This document shows, one piece after another, positions 55,125 to 63,658 of a stretch of 64,000 bases of DNA (position 1 is its first letter; each line of letters starts with the position of its first letter). The notes beneath the pieces were generated by a model. The model searched no databases. It saw only the letters and a program-made list of their open reading frames with translations, and had not been told where the DNA came from. The stretch is from Acidimicrobiaceae bacterium. GTDB taxonomy: Bacteria > Actinomycetota > Acidimicrobiia > Acidimicrobiales > Aldehydirespiratoraceae. The DNA lies in assembly GCA_009837445.1 (NCBI GenBank), contig VXTM01000024.1, positions 10,515-74,514 of the forward strand. The letters run 5' to 3'. The position numbers and the translations under genes were made by a program.

Positions 55125-56159
55125 CTACGGCTGCAGGCCGCCAACGAGTCTGACGAGGCTTCCGTCGGCTCGCCCGACTAGGAGGCTGTCCTCGCTGACC
55201 CACCGGAGTCGGCTGGTCGCCGCATCGGACTCGAGTGCGGTCACAGGCGACAGGTCCTGACCGGCACGAGTTGGGGCGGTCCACACGATGGTGCGGCCGT
55301 CTCCTCCCCCCGTGGCGACGGACCTGCCTGATGGATCCCAAGCGAGATCCTCGATGTGGTTGTCGTGACCGGCGGCAACTGCCGGCGCGGTGCCTTTGGG
55401 CCCCTTTCCGCCGAAGTCCCAGACGGTGAGTTCGTCGAGGCACGCAACCGCCAGCCATCGGCTGTCGTGGCGGAACCGAAGCCGCTCGATCTTGGACGGA
55501 TAGCCAGACATCGAGAGGTCCCGACCGCTCCAGAGCCGCCACAACTGCACGGTCGCGTCCTGGGCACCGGCGCAGGCCCATGCTCCGTCGGGAGACATCA
55601 CCAGCGACAGCATCGACCCTTTCCACTCGAAGCGACGGCGGCGGCCGGTCCGTCGTCCAACGACATCGTGCCATCCGATGCCACCGTATGCGGCTGCACC
55701 GACGCGGGTGCCGTCGGTTGACCAGGCGACCGCCGTCACCGTCGAGGGTTGATCGTCGAAGTCGTGGAGAAGCGCACCGTCCTGGTCGGTGATGAGAAGG
55801 CGCCGGCCGGCGCCGATCGCAAGCACGGGTGCGGTCGACGACCAAGCCAGAGCCGTCACCCAGTCCGACACGGCAACGACGCCCTGAGCGGCGCCCGTGT
55901 GGTCATAGATCCGCACGTAGCCGTCCTGGCCCCCCACCGCGACGCAGCTGCCATCGGATGACCAGGCAGCACTCAGCACTCCCATCTCATGCCGTCCCAG
56001 TGCGGTGGCCGAGCCGTCGTCGGTGTCGATGAGGACAGCGTCGCCACCCAGGGACCCGACCACCGCCTGGCCGCGGTCGCGATAGACCTCAAGGACCTGC
56101 ACGTAGTCGTCCAGGTCCACCCGCCATTGTGCGGCGGGTGCTGTGCCGGTGCCGGTCAT
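55125..56159 (-). CDS. WD40-repeat (beta-propeller) protein
   Basis: Repeated units such as [86 protein letters not shown] 56159 overlaps the COG0523 gene stop (ATGA). Confidence 0.8.
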   Translation of the reverse strand: MTGTGTAPAAQWRVDLDDYVQVLEVYRDRGQAVVGSLGGDAVLIDTDDGSATALGRHEMGVLSAAWSSDGSCVAVGGQDGYVRIYDHTGAAQGVVAVSDWVTALAWSSTAPVLAIGAGRRLLITDQDGALLHDFDDQPSTVTAVAWSTDGTRVGAAAYGGIGWHDVVGRRTGRRRRFEWKGSMLSLVMSPDGAWACAGAQDATVQLWRLWSGRDLSMSGYPSKIERLRFRHDSRWLAVACLDELTVWDFGGKGPKGTAPAVAAGHDNHIEDLAWDPSGRSVATGGGDGRTIVWTAPTRAGQDLSPVTALESDAATSRLRWVSEDSLLVGRADGSLVRLVGGLQP

Positions 56160-57139
56160 ACCAGGCAGGATCTGAAACTGGCCTCCAGTGATGCCCGGTC
56201 GAGATTGCGTCCGATGAACACCAGACGGTTGCGTCGTTCCTCGCCGTCGCCCCAAACCCCGTGGGCCTCGCCGTCGAGCAGCATGTGGACGCCCTGGAAC
56301 ACATACCGCTCGTCCCATCCGGCGATCGACAGGATGCCCTTCGAGCGGAAGATATCGGTCCCCTTCGTGCGCAGGAGATCGCTCAGCCATTCGCTCAGCT
56401 GGTCGAGATCTAGGTCGCCATCGGTCTCGAACCCAACCGACGTCACGCTGAGATCGTGCTGATGTTCGGCGTCGGGGTCGAGGAACTCGGGGTCATCGGC
56501 CAGCACACGCTCGAGCGAGAACGCGCCGACCTCGAGGATGGCGTCAAGGTCGACCTTGCCGTGCTGGGTCCGGACGATGGGCGCGAGTGCGTTGATCTGC
56601 CGGATGCGGGACTCCACATCGTCCAGCTCGCTGGTGTCGGCGAGGTCGATCTTGTTGAGCACGATCCGATCAGCGAACGCCAGTTGCTCGACAGCCTCGT
56701 TCTCGACCCCTTCGGGCTTCTCTTCGTCCAGATGTGGAACCAGGTGTTTGGCGTCAACCACCGTGACAATGGCGTCGAGCCGCAACTGGGCCGCCATCTC
56801 ATCGTCGACGAAGAACGTCTGAGCCACCGGTGCAGGGTCAGCCAGCCCTGTCGTCTCGATGAGGATCTGGTCGAACCGGTCCTTGCGTCGCATCAGATTG
56901 CCGAGAATGCGGATCAGATCGCCTCGAACGGTGCAGCAGATGCACCCGTTGTTCATCTCGAAGATCTCTTCCTCGGCATCGAGGACGATGGCATCGTCTA
57001 TGCCAATCTCGCCGAACTCGTTTTCGATCACCGCAATCCGCTTGCCGTGCTGCTCGGTGAGGATGTGATTCAACAACGTCGTCTTGCCCGCACCGAGAAA
57101 GCCCGTCAGCACCGTCACAGGAACCCGTTCATCAACCAT
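56156..57139 (-). CDS. COG0523/CobW-family G3E GTPase (putative zinc metallochaperone)
   Basis: [20 protein letters not shown] (P-loop), [12 protein letters not shown] (CxCC metal motif), IETTGLADP, and a C-terminal CobW_C-like domain. Confidence 0.9.
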   Translation of the reverse strand: MVDERVPVTVLTGFLGAGKTTLLNHILTEQHGKRIAVIENEFGEIGIDDAIVLDAEEEIFEMNNGCICCTVRGDLIRILGNLMRRKDRFDQILIETTGLADPAPVAQTFFVDDEMAAQLRLDAIVTVVDAKHLVPHLDEEKPEGVENEAVEQLAFADRIVLNKIDLADTSELDDVESRIRQINALAPIVRTQHGKVDLDAILEVGAFSLERVLADDPEFLDPDAEHQHDLSVTSVGFETDGDLDLDQLSEWLSDLLRTKGTDIFRSKGILSIAGWDERYVFQGVHMLLDGEAHGVWGDGEERRNRLVFIGRNLDRASLEASFRSCLV

Positions 57140-57147
57140 GGCTTAGA

Positions 57148-57162
57148 TGATAATGATTCCTG
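57148..57162. promoter_or_regulatory. candidate Zur box upstream of the COG0523 gene
   Basis: TGATAATGATTCCTG lies 9 nt upstream of the start codon. On the gene strand it reads CAGGAATCATTATCA. I count 10 of 15 matches to the actinobacterial Zur-box core TGAAAATCATTTTCA, which I am recalling from memory. Confidence 0.35.
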
Positions 57163-57247
57163 TTCGTGTTTCCGACACCACGATGAAGTGCCAGAGGCAG
57201 GAGGTTCCAGAGGCAATAGGTCTGGTGCCAAGCAAACCTGCGTGCGG

Positions 57248-57332
57248 TGTCGGAGGGGGGACTTGAACCCCCACGCCCAATAAGGGCACTAGCCCCTCAA
57301 GCTAGCGCGTCTGCCAATTCCGCCACTCCGAC
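57248..57332 (-). tRNA. tRNA-Leu (anticodon GAG), class II with long variable arm
   Basis: The reverse complement reads GTCGGAG-TG-GCG-GAATTGGCAGA-CGC-G-CTAGC-TTGAGGG-GCTAG-TGCCCTTATTGGGCGT-GGGGG-TTCAAGT-CCCCC-CTCCGAC-A. All stems pair. The anticodon loop is TT-GAG-GG. CCA is not encoded. Confidence 0.9.
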
Positions 57333-57383
57333 GTGGGCCGTCCGATGCTAGCGGCGGGCGTGCTCGCCACCACGGGCCCGAAC

Positions 57384-58019
57384 TCAGACGCAGCAGGTGT
57401 CCTCGAGCGAGTCGGCCCGCCACACCGACACAGTCTCGTAGCTGGCCGCGCCGGCGATGAACAGCCCGGCCAGCGGGTCGGCCCACCACCATCCCAGCGC
57501 GGCGTTGGCTGACAGGCCCACCAGCAGCGCGCCCGACAGGAGCGCGCACAGCAACGTCTGCTTCGCCTCGGCCTCGACCGCCCGCGAACCCATCAGCGGG
57601 GCCAGCTTCCGCTTTGCTCGGGCCATGACGGGCATCACCACCAGCGACAGGGCGGCAATGCCGATCCCGACCAGCGACGCGCTGGGTTGGTCGCCGAGGG
57701 CCAGATCGCGCACCGATTCCACCCCGACGTAGAGGGCCAGGGCCGCGAAGCTCACCGCTATCAGGCGCTGGGCCAGGCGGTCGGCCTCCTGCTTGCAGCC
57801 GGTGCGGCGCTCCTGCGCCAGCCGCCACGCCAGGACCAGCGCGGCCGACACCTCGATGCCGGAGTCCAGCCCGAATCCGATCAGGCTTACCGACGCCGCC
57901 GCGATACCTGCGGCGACAGCGACCACGCCCTCTACGCCGTTCCAGCCGATGGTGGCGGCCGTCAGTCGCTTCTGCCGGGTCACGGCATGATCTCGCGTCG
58001 TTGGTGCACTCATGGCCAT
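57384..58019 (-). CDS. cation-efflux (CDF-like) membrane-domain protein
   Basis: 211 aa with about 5-6 hydrophobic spans. GFGLDSGIEVSAA and C-terminal DTCCV. Looks like the transmembrane part of cation diffusion facilitator proteins without the cytosolic domain. Confidence 0.65.
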   Translation of the reverse strand: MAMSAPTTRDHAVTRQKRLTAATIGWNGVEGVVAVAAGIAAASVSLIGFGLDSGIEVSAALVLAWRLAQERRTGCKQEADRLAQRLIAVSFAALALYVGVESVRDLALGDQPSASLVGIGIAALSLVVMPVMARAKRKLAPLMGSRAVEAEAKQTLLCALLSGALLVGLSANAALGWWWADPLAGLFIAGAASYETVSVWRADSLEDTCCV

Positions 58020-58170
58020 GCGCCGTCCCCTCCGTTGACCTGCTCCTGAGAACGAACCGGAACCTAGCGTGTGCTATTCCAGCCCCGGTGGGGGCGGTGC
58101 CAGCCTGCGGCCGCACCTCGTCGACGGCCAATGTTGTGTATCGGGTTGACAGTGTGATACATTAAAAATC

Positions 58171-58464
58171 ATGGCATCAGATGATATAGTCATGGATGTC
58201 ACGTTCAGTGAGTCGGTTCCCATGGGCGGCACCTACGCCAACGGCGCGCTTGTGTGGAACACCCCGCATGAGTTCACGGTTGATTTCACGTCGCACCGTT
58301 CACCGACTCATGACGGCGACGCCCACGATGTGCTGGTGGTGGCGCGGATGAAGATCCCGACCAGTGCCATGTTCCGGATCGTCCAGGCCATGTCGGCCAA
58401 CATCGACCGGTATGAGCAGCAACACGGGCGGATAACGCCAGGACCACCCAAGGAGGAAACATGA
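58171..58464 (+). CDS. DUF3467 family protein
   Basis: GTYANGALVWNTPHEFTVDFTS........VVARMKIPTSAMFRIVQAMSANIDRYEQQHGRI is the characteristic DUF3467 pattern. Confidence 0.7.
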   Translation: MASDDIVMDVTFSESVPMGGTYANGALVWNTPHEFTVDFTSHRSPTHDGDAHDVLVVARMKIPTSAMFRIVQAMSANIDRYEQQHGRITPGPPKEET

Positions 58465-58634
58465 GCAACAACGGCAGCGGTCCGGCCCCCACCTCCTCCG
58501 GAGGCTTCCGCTTCACCGTCAGGGCCGGCGACGACCACGTCTCGATCTCGCGGCCTGTAAGCCGCGAGGACGTCGACCGGGTGCGGCGCCAGCTCGCAGA
58601 GTGGGAGCGCCGCCACCCCACCCAACCCGGCTAG
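58461..58634 (+). CDS. 57-aa hypothetical protein, translationally coupled to the DUF3467 gene
   Basis: Below the ORF-track size cut-off. ATGA overlap at 58461..58464. MSNNGSGPAPTSSGGFRFTVRAGDDHVSISRPVSREDVDRVRRQLAEWERRHPTQPG, ending at TAG 58632..58634. Confidence 0.35.
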   Translation: MSNNGSGPAPTSSGGFRFTVRAGDDHVSISRPVSREDVDRVRRQLAEWERRHPTQPG

Positions 58635-58665
58635 CCGCGACCGTAGGCGGCTAGCTTCTCTGTCC

Positions 58666-59349
58666 GTGACGGACGAAAGCACCACTGACGAGGCCGGCAC
58701 TGAGCGGGCCGCTTGTCTCAAGGCGGCCTACGCGGTCAAGAACCCCGACGACAATCGCGCCCTGTACGCCAAGTGGGCGGCCACCTACGAGGAGTTCCTC
58801 GACGAGAACCGCTACATCTACGCGCTGCAGGTGGCCGAGATCTTCGCCGAGAGGTCACCGGCGCGCACGGGCGCCGTGCTCGACGCGGGCTGCGGCACCG
58901 GCCGTGTGGGGCTGGAGCTGTCTCGGCTCGGGATCTCACCCGTTGACGGGATCGACATCTCGCCCGAGATGCTGGCCAGGGCCCGTACCATGTCAGGACC
59001 CGACGGCACACCCTCCTATCGCCGCCTCACGGAAGCCGACCTGACCGGCTCCATCGACCTCGAGACCGGCAGCTACTCGGGCCTCGTCAGCTCAGGCGTG
59101 TTCACCCACGGACATGTCGGGCCCGACGCCCTGTCGGAGCTGCTGCGAGTTGTCCGTTCCGGCTCTGCCGGCGTGATCGGCGTGAACACCGCGCTATTCG
59201 AGTCCAACGGATACAAGGAGCGCTTCGAGCGCTACGAAGCTGAGGGCGTGATCGAAGACTTGGAGGTACAGCTGCGCCAGGTCTACGAGGACATCGACGC
59301 CGACAACCCCAACCACCTGGCCCACATCGTCGCCTTCACTGTCGCCTGA
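58666..59349 (+). CDS. class I SAM-dependent methyltransferase
   Basis: VLDAGCGTGRVGLEL (motif I), GIDISPEML. GTG 58666. Confidence 0.85.
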   Translation: MTDESTTDEAGTERAACLKAAYAVKNPDDNRALYAKWAATYEEFLDENRYIYALQVAEIFAERSPARTGAVLDAGCGTGRVGLELSRLGISPVDGIDISPEMLARARTMSGPDGTPSYRRLTEADLTGSIDLETGSYSGLVSSGVFTHGHVGPDALSELLRVVRSGSAGVIGVNTALFESNGYKERFERYEAEGVIEDLEVQLRQVYEDIDADNPNHLAHIVAFTVA

Positions 59350-59402
59350 CCGCCCGGCCGCGGACTCTCGAGGCCCGAGGACCTAGAGGCCGAGCGCGGT
59401 GC

Positions 59403-59627
59403 TCAGGCGACGAGCGAGTAGGAGATGGACGAGAAGGCGAAGACCAGAGCGGCGATGACGGTGATGCGGTCCAGGTTGCGCTCCACCACCGTGGATCCGG
59501 CTGCCTGGGCACCGAGCCCGCCGCCGAACATGTCCGACAGCCCGCCGCCCTTGCCGCTGTGGAGCAGCACCAGGAACACCAGCACGAGCGCGGAGATCAC
59601 CTGCACCGGGGCGATGAACCAGATCAC
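59403..59627 (-). CDS. secG: preprotein translocase subunit SecG
   Basis: 74 aa with two TM spans and LHSGKGGGLSDMFGGG (the conserved SecG Gly-rich loop). Located after tpiA, as in many actinobacteria. Confidence 0.85.
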   Translation of the reverse strand: MIWFIAPVQVISALVLVFLVLLHSGKGGGLSDMFGGGLGAQAAGSTVVERNLDRITVIAALVFAFSSISYSLVA

Positions 59628-59669
59628 GGTGCTGAGGCTACCAGTCCCCCGCTCCCGCTCCGCGGCCGT

Positions 59670-60440
59670 TCAGGCCGCGTACAGGCGGTAGTTCGCTATC
59701 CGGGCGAAGTCGGCTGCGTCCAGGCTGGCCCCGCCCACCAGGGCGCCGTCGATGTCGGGCTGCTCCATCAGGTCCGGGGCGTTCGACGGCTTGACCGAGC
59801 CTCCGTACTGGATCCGCAGCGCGCCGGCCGCGTCGCTCCCCCACCTGCCGGCCACCAGCGACCGGACGTGACTGCACATGTCCTGCGCGTCGGCGGGCGT
59901 GGCCGTCTCGCCGGTGCCGATGGCCCAAACCGGCTCATAGGCCACCACCAGCTTGGCCACCGTCTCGGCATCGAGGATGTCGAGGCTGCCGGTCAGCTGG
60001 CCGGTGACCACATCGTGGGCCTGGCCGGCTCGGCGCTGCTCGACCGTCTCGCCCACGCACACGATGGGCACCATTCCGTGGCGCAGAACAGCCTGGGCCT
60101 TGGCGTTGACCAGTTCGTCGGTCTCGCCGAACAGCCCCCGGCGCTCGCTGTGTCCCACTATGACGTACGTCACGTCCAGCTTGGCCAGCATGGCGGCCGA
60201 CACCTCGCCGGTGTACGCGCCCGAATCAGCGGGGTGGCAGTCCTGGGCGCCGAGCGCGATCGGGATGTCGTCGGCCTGCAGCACGGTCTGCACCGAACGC
60301 AGGTCGGTGAACGGCGGATGCACCGACACGTCAACGTGCTGGTAGTCGTCGGGGTTCAGCGCGTAGGCCAGCTTCTGGATCGTCTGGATCGCCTCGAAGT
60401 GATTGTGGTTCATCTTCCAGTTGCCGCTTATCAGCGGCAT
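59670..60440 (-). CDS. tpiA: triosephosphate isomerase
   Basis: MPLISGNWKMN, VIVGHSERR, AYEPVWAIGTG. ATG read directly at 60440..60438. Confidence 0.95.
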   Translation of the reverse strand: MPLISGNWKMNHNHFEAIQTIQKLAYALNPDDYQHVDVSVHPPFTDLRSVQTVLQADDIPIALGAQDCHPADSGAYTGEVSAAMLAKLDVTYVIVGHSERRGLFGETDELVNAKAQAVLRHGMVPIVCVGETVEQRRAGQAHDVVTGQLTGSLDILDAETVAKLVVAYEPVWAIGTGETATPADAQDMCSHVRSLVAGRWGSDAAGALRIQYGGSVKPSNAPDLMEQPDIDGALVGGASLDAADFARIANYRLYAA

Positions 60441-60495
60441 GCGGCCTGATGTCCTTCGCCCGGTGGCCGCCGCCCCCCGGCTCGACGCCTTGCGT

Positions 60496-61644
60496 CTAGG
60501 TCGCATTGGATGCTCCTCTCAGTGCCGCCAGCCCCGGCAGGTCGCCCTTCTCTATCAGCTCCAGCGACGCTCCCCCGCCGGTGGACACATGGTCCATGTC
60601 GCGGTCCACGCCGAAGCGCCGCGCCGCGGCGGCGCTGTCGCCCCCGCCGACCACGGTGAAGGCCCGGGTCTCGGCCATGGCCGCGGCCACGGCGCCGGTG
60701 CCGCCGCCGAAGCGGGGGTCCTCGAACACTCCCATCGGCCCGTTCCACAGCACCGTGCCCGCTTCGTGGATCACGTCGCCGAAAGCGGCCGCGCTGCCTG
60801 GGCCGATGTCCACCCCCATCCAGCCGTCACCGACGTTGGCTCCGATCTGGCGCACATCCCCGCCGGCTCCGGGGTCTCCGGGCACGCCGCCGGGACCGAG
60901 CGCGGTCAGGTCGTAGGGAAGGTGGATCGGCGTCTCGCCCTCTAGAAGCTCCCGGCAGCGCTCCACCATCGAGTCCTCGCACAGCGAGGCACCCACGCTG
61001 TGTCCCTGCGCTTTGAGGAACGTGAAGCACATGGCCCCGCCGATCACCAGGGAGTCCACCGTCTCCAGCAGCGCGTCGATCACGCCGAGCTTGTCCGACA
61101 CCTTGGCCCCGCCCAGCACGGCCACGAACGGCCGCCGCGGCGATTCCCGGAGCCCGCCCAGCACCTCCACCTCCCGGGCCAGCAGCCGGCCCGCCGCCGA
61201 CGGCAGCCTCCGGGGCGGGCCGACGATCGAGGCGTGGGCCCGGTGCGACGCCCCGAAGGCGTCGTTCACGTAGGCGTCGTGGCCCTCGACTAGGCGGTCC
61301 ACAAAAGCCGGGTCGTCGGCGGTTTCGCCCGCATCGAAGCGCAGGTTCTCCAGCAGCTTTGCATCCGGCGCGAGCTCCGCCAGCCTGCGGCGCACTGGCT
61401 CGACCGAGAAGCGGGGATCGGCACTGTCCTGCGGGCGTCCCAGGTGGGTGCAGGCCGTGACCGTGGCCCCCTGCTTCTGCAGCCAGCGCAGCGTGGGTAG
61501 CGCAGCCCGCATGCGAAGGTCGTCGGCAATCTCCGCGACGGCGCCCGGGCCGCCGCCGGCGAGCGGCACGTTGAAGTCGACCCGAACCAGCACGGAACGG
61601 CCGTCGAGGGGGCCCAGGTCCTCCAGTTGGGGAACGGGTAGCAC
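60496..61644 (-). CDS. pgk: phosphoglycerate kinase
   Basis: VLVRVDFNVPL, CTHLGRP, NDAFGASHRAHAS, VLGGAKVSDK, STGGGASLE. GTG 61644. The rest of the 641-aa ORF is out-of-frame overlap with gap. Confidence 0.95.
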   Translation of the reverse strand: MLPVPQLEDLGPLDGRSVLVRVDFNVPLAGGGPGAVAEIADDLRMRAALPTLRWLQKQGATVTACTHLGRPQDSADPRFSVEPVRRRLAELAPDAKLLENLRFDAGETADDPAFVDRLVEGHDAYVNDAFGASHRAHASIVGPPRRLPSAAGRLLAREVEVLGGLRESPRRPFVAVLGGAKVSDKLGVIDALLETVDSLVIGGAMCFTFLKAQGHSVGASLCEDSMVERCRELLEGETPIHLPYDLTALGPGGVPGDPGAGGDVRQIGANVGDGWMGVDIGPGSAAAFGDVIHEAGTVLWNGPMGVFEDPRFGGGTGAVAAAMAETRAFTVVGGGDSAAAARRFGVDRDMDHVSTGGGASLELIEKGDLPGLAALRGASNAT

Positions 61645-61664
61645 AGACGGCGCGGTGCGGCCGC

Positions 61665-62675
61665 TCAGCGGTTGGCCGCGCCGACGATGCCGGCCATGTC
61701 CACCAGCCGATTCGAGTAGCCCCACTCGTTGTCGTACCAGCCGTTGACTTTCACCAGGTCGCCCATGGCCATGGTCAGCCCGGAGTCGAACACGCACGAC
61801 GCCGGCGAGCCGACGATGTCGGCCGAGACCAGCGGAGCCTCGCTGTAGTCGAGCACCCCTGCCAGCGGGCCGTCGGCGGCGGCCTTGGCGAAGGCGGCGT
61901 TGATCTCGTCGACGCCGGGCTCGGAGGCCAGCTTGGCGGTGAAGTCGGTGATCGACCCGTCGGGGATCGGGACCCTCAGCGAGATCCCGTCCAGGTGACC
62001 CTGCATGGGCTCCAGCACCAGCCCGGTGGCCCGGGCCGCACCGGTGGAGGTGGGCACTATGTTCACCGCCGCGCCCCGAGCCCGCCGGAGATCGGAGTGG
62101 GGGCCGTCCACTAGGGCCTGGTCGCCGGTGTAGGCGTGAACCGTCGTCATCAGGCCCCGCTCCACCCCGAAGGCGTCGTCCAGCACCTTGACCATCGGCA
62201 CGAAGCAGTTCGTGGTGCACGACGCGTTCGACACCACGGTGTGCACCGCCGGGTCGAAGTCCGAGTCGTTCACGCCCACCACGAAGGTGGCGTCGGCGCC
62301 TGAGCACGGAGCCGACACCAGCACCCGGGGCGCGCCGCCGTCGAGGTGGCGGGCCGCGGCGTCGCGCTTGGTGAAGATGCCGGTGGACTCCACCACCACG
62401 TCCACTCCGAGATCGCCCCATGGGAGTTCCTCGGGATTGCGCACCGACAGCACCCGCAGCGAGTCGTCCCCTACGCTCAGCATGTCCCCGTCGACCGACA
62501 CGCCGGAACCGAGCCGGCCGTGGACCGAGTCGTAGGCCAGCAGATGGGCCATGGTCTCGATCGACCCGAGGTCGTTGACCGCCACCACATCGAGGTCGGC
62601 GCCCTGGCTCCGGGCGGCCCGGTAGAAGTTCCTGCCTATGCGGCCGAAGCCGTTGATGCCTACTCGAATGCTCAT
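61665..62675 (-). CDS. gap: type I glyceraldehyde-3-phosphate dehydrogenase
   Basis: VGINGFGRIGRN, SNASCTTNC (catalytic Cys), WYDNEWGYS. Confidence 0.95.
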   Translation of the reverse strand: MSIRVGINGFGRIGRNFYRAARSQGADLDVVAVNDLGSIETMAHLLAYDSVHGRLGSGVSVDGDMLSVGDDSLRVLSVRNPEELPWGDLGVDVVVESTGIFTKRDAAARHLDGGAPRVLVSAPCSGADATFVVGVNDSDFDPAVHTVVSNASCTTNCFVPMVKVLDDAFGVERGLMTTVHAYTGDQALVDGPHSDLRRARGAAVNIVPTSTGAARATGLVLEPMQGHLDGISLRVPIPDGSITDFTAKLASEPGVDEINAAFAKAAADGPLAGVLDYSEAPLVSADIVGSPASCVFDSGLTMAMGDLVKVNGWYDNEWGYSNRLVDMAGIVGAANR

Positions 62676-62726
62676 GGGCCAGAGGCTAGGCCCAGCCGCG
62701 CGGCATCCGGGGGGATGTCCGAGCGC

Positions 62727-63632
62727 CTACTTGTCCTTGTCGATGTCGCGGTGCACCACCGCCGGCTCATGGCCCATTGCTGCGAGCTCCCTGGCGAAGT
62801 GCTCAGTCACGGCCACCGAGCGGTGCCGGCCGCCGGTGCAGCCGAATGCCACCGTGAGGTACGACTTGCCCTCGGCCACGTACTGCGGCACCAGCAGGGC
62901 CAGGAGCGACTCCATGCGCTCCAGGAACTCCGCGGTCACCGGCTGGGCCATCACGAAGTCGACGACCGCGGCGTCCTGGCCGCTGAGCGGCTTCAAGTCC
63001 TCCACCCAGTATGGGTTGGCCAGGAACCGGCAGTCGATCACCATGTCAACGTCGAGCGGGATGCCGTGCATGTAGCCGAACGACAGCACCGTGACCCGCA
63101 TGGCGTGGCCCTCGCCCTCGTCGAACAGCTCGGACATCCGGTCGCGCAGTTGGTGGACGTTGAGTTCGGTCGTGTCTACGACCACGTCAGCGGTGGCCCG
63201 CACCGGCTCCAGCGCGATCCGCTCGGCCTCGATGGCCTCGGCCAGCGTGCCGGTATCCGAGAACGGGTGGCGGCGCCGGGTGGACTCGTATCTGCGTACC
63301 AGCACGTCGGTGGCCGCGTCGAGGAACAGGATCCGCAAGCCCGGTATCTGAGCCCGCAGGTCGTCGATCATGCCCGCGGCCTCGTCGTGGTAGCGACCGC
63401 TGCCCACCACCAGTGCCAGCCGGTCGGTGCCGGTGCCTGGCGGCCCGGCCAGTTCGGCCACCTTCGGGATGAGCGACGGCGGCAGGTTGTCCATCACGAA
63501 CCAGCCGAGGTCCTCAAGGTTGTTGGCCGCGTGGCTACGGCCGGCTCCCGACATCCCTGCAATGACGACGAAGGCACTCACTCGGTGTTCATGGTAGTTG
63601 GGGCGCCGCGCCGGAACGGTCGCTCCCGACAC
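62727..63632 (-). CDS. rapZ: RNase adapter / nucleotide-binding protein RapZ
   Basis: VVIAGMSGAGRS (P-loop), C-terminal FGCTGGRHRSVAV. The start is either ATG 63632 or GTG 63581. Confidence 0.85.
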   Translation of the reverse strand: MSGATVPARRPNYHEHRVSAFVVIAGMSGAGRSHAANNLEDLGWFVMDNLPPSLIPKVAELAGPPGTGTDRLALVVGSGRYHDEAAGMIDDLRAQIPGLRILFLDAATDVLVRRYESTRRRHPFSDTGTLAEAIEAERIALEPVRATADVVVDTTELNVHQLRDRMSELFDEGEGHAMRVTVLSFGYMHGIPLDVDMVIDCRFLANPYWVEDLKPLSGQDAAVVDFVMAQPVTAEFLERMESLLALLVPQYVAEGKSYLTVAFGCTGGRHRSVAVTEHFARELAAMGHEPAVVHRDIDKDK

Positions 63633-63658
63633 CTGGGCCTAGATGGCCTAGATGGCCG

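Noticed and set aside
57248-57332. tRNA-Sec (selC), in view of the nearby Sec candidate
   Set aside because: The anticodon loop reads TT-GAG-GG, so the anticodon is GAG, not UCA. The acceptor stem is 7 bp and the long variable arm is the normal class II Leu type.
58146-58151. TTGACA as a -35 promoter element for the DUF3467 gene
   Set aside because: Its spacing is only 6 nt to the TACATT -10 candidate and 11 nt to TAAAAA, far from the 16-18 nt needed. It is probably coincidental.
60496-62421. 641-aa ORF as an extended phosphoglycerate kinase
   Set aside because: The upstream 258 aa overlap gap out of frame and are Arg/Gly/Pro-rich. Pgk motifs start after GTG 61644.
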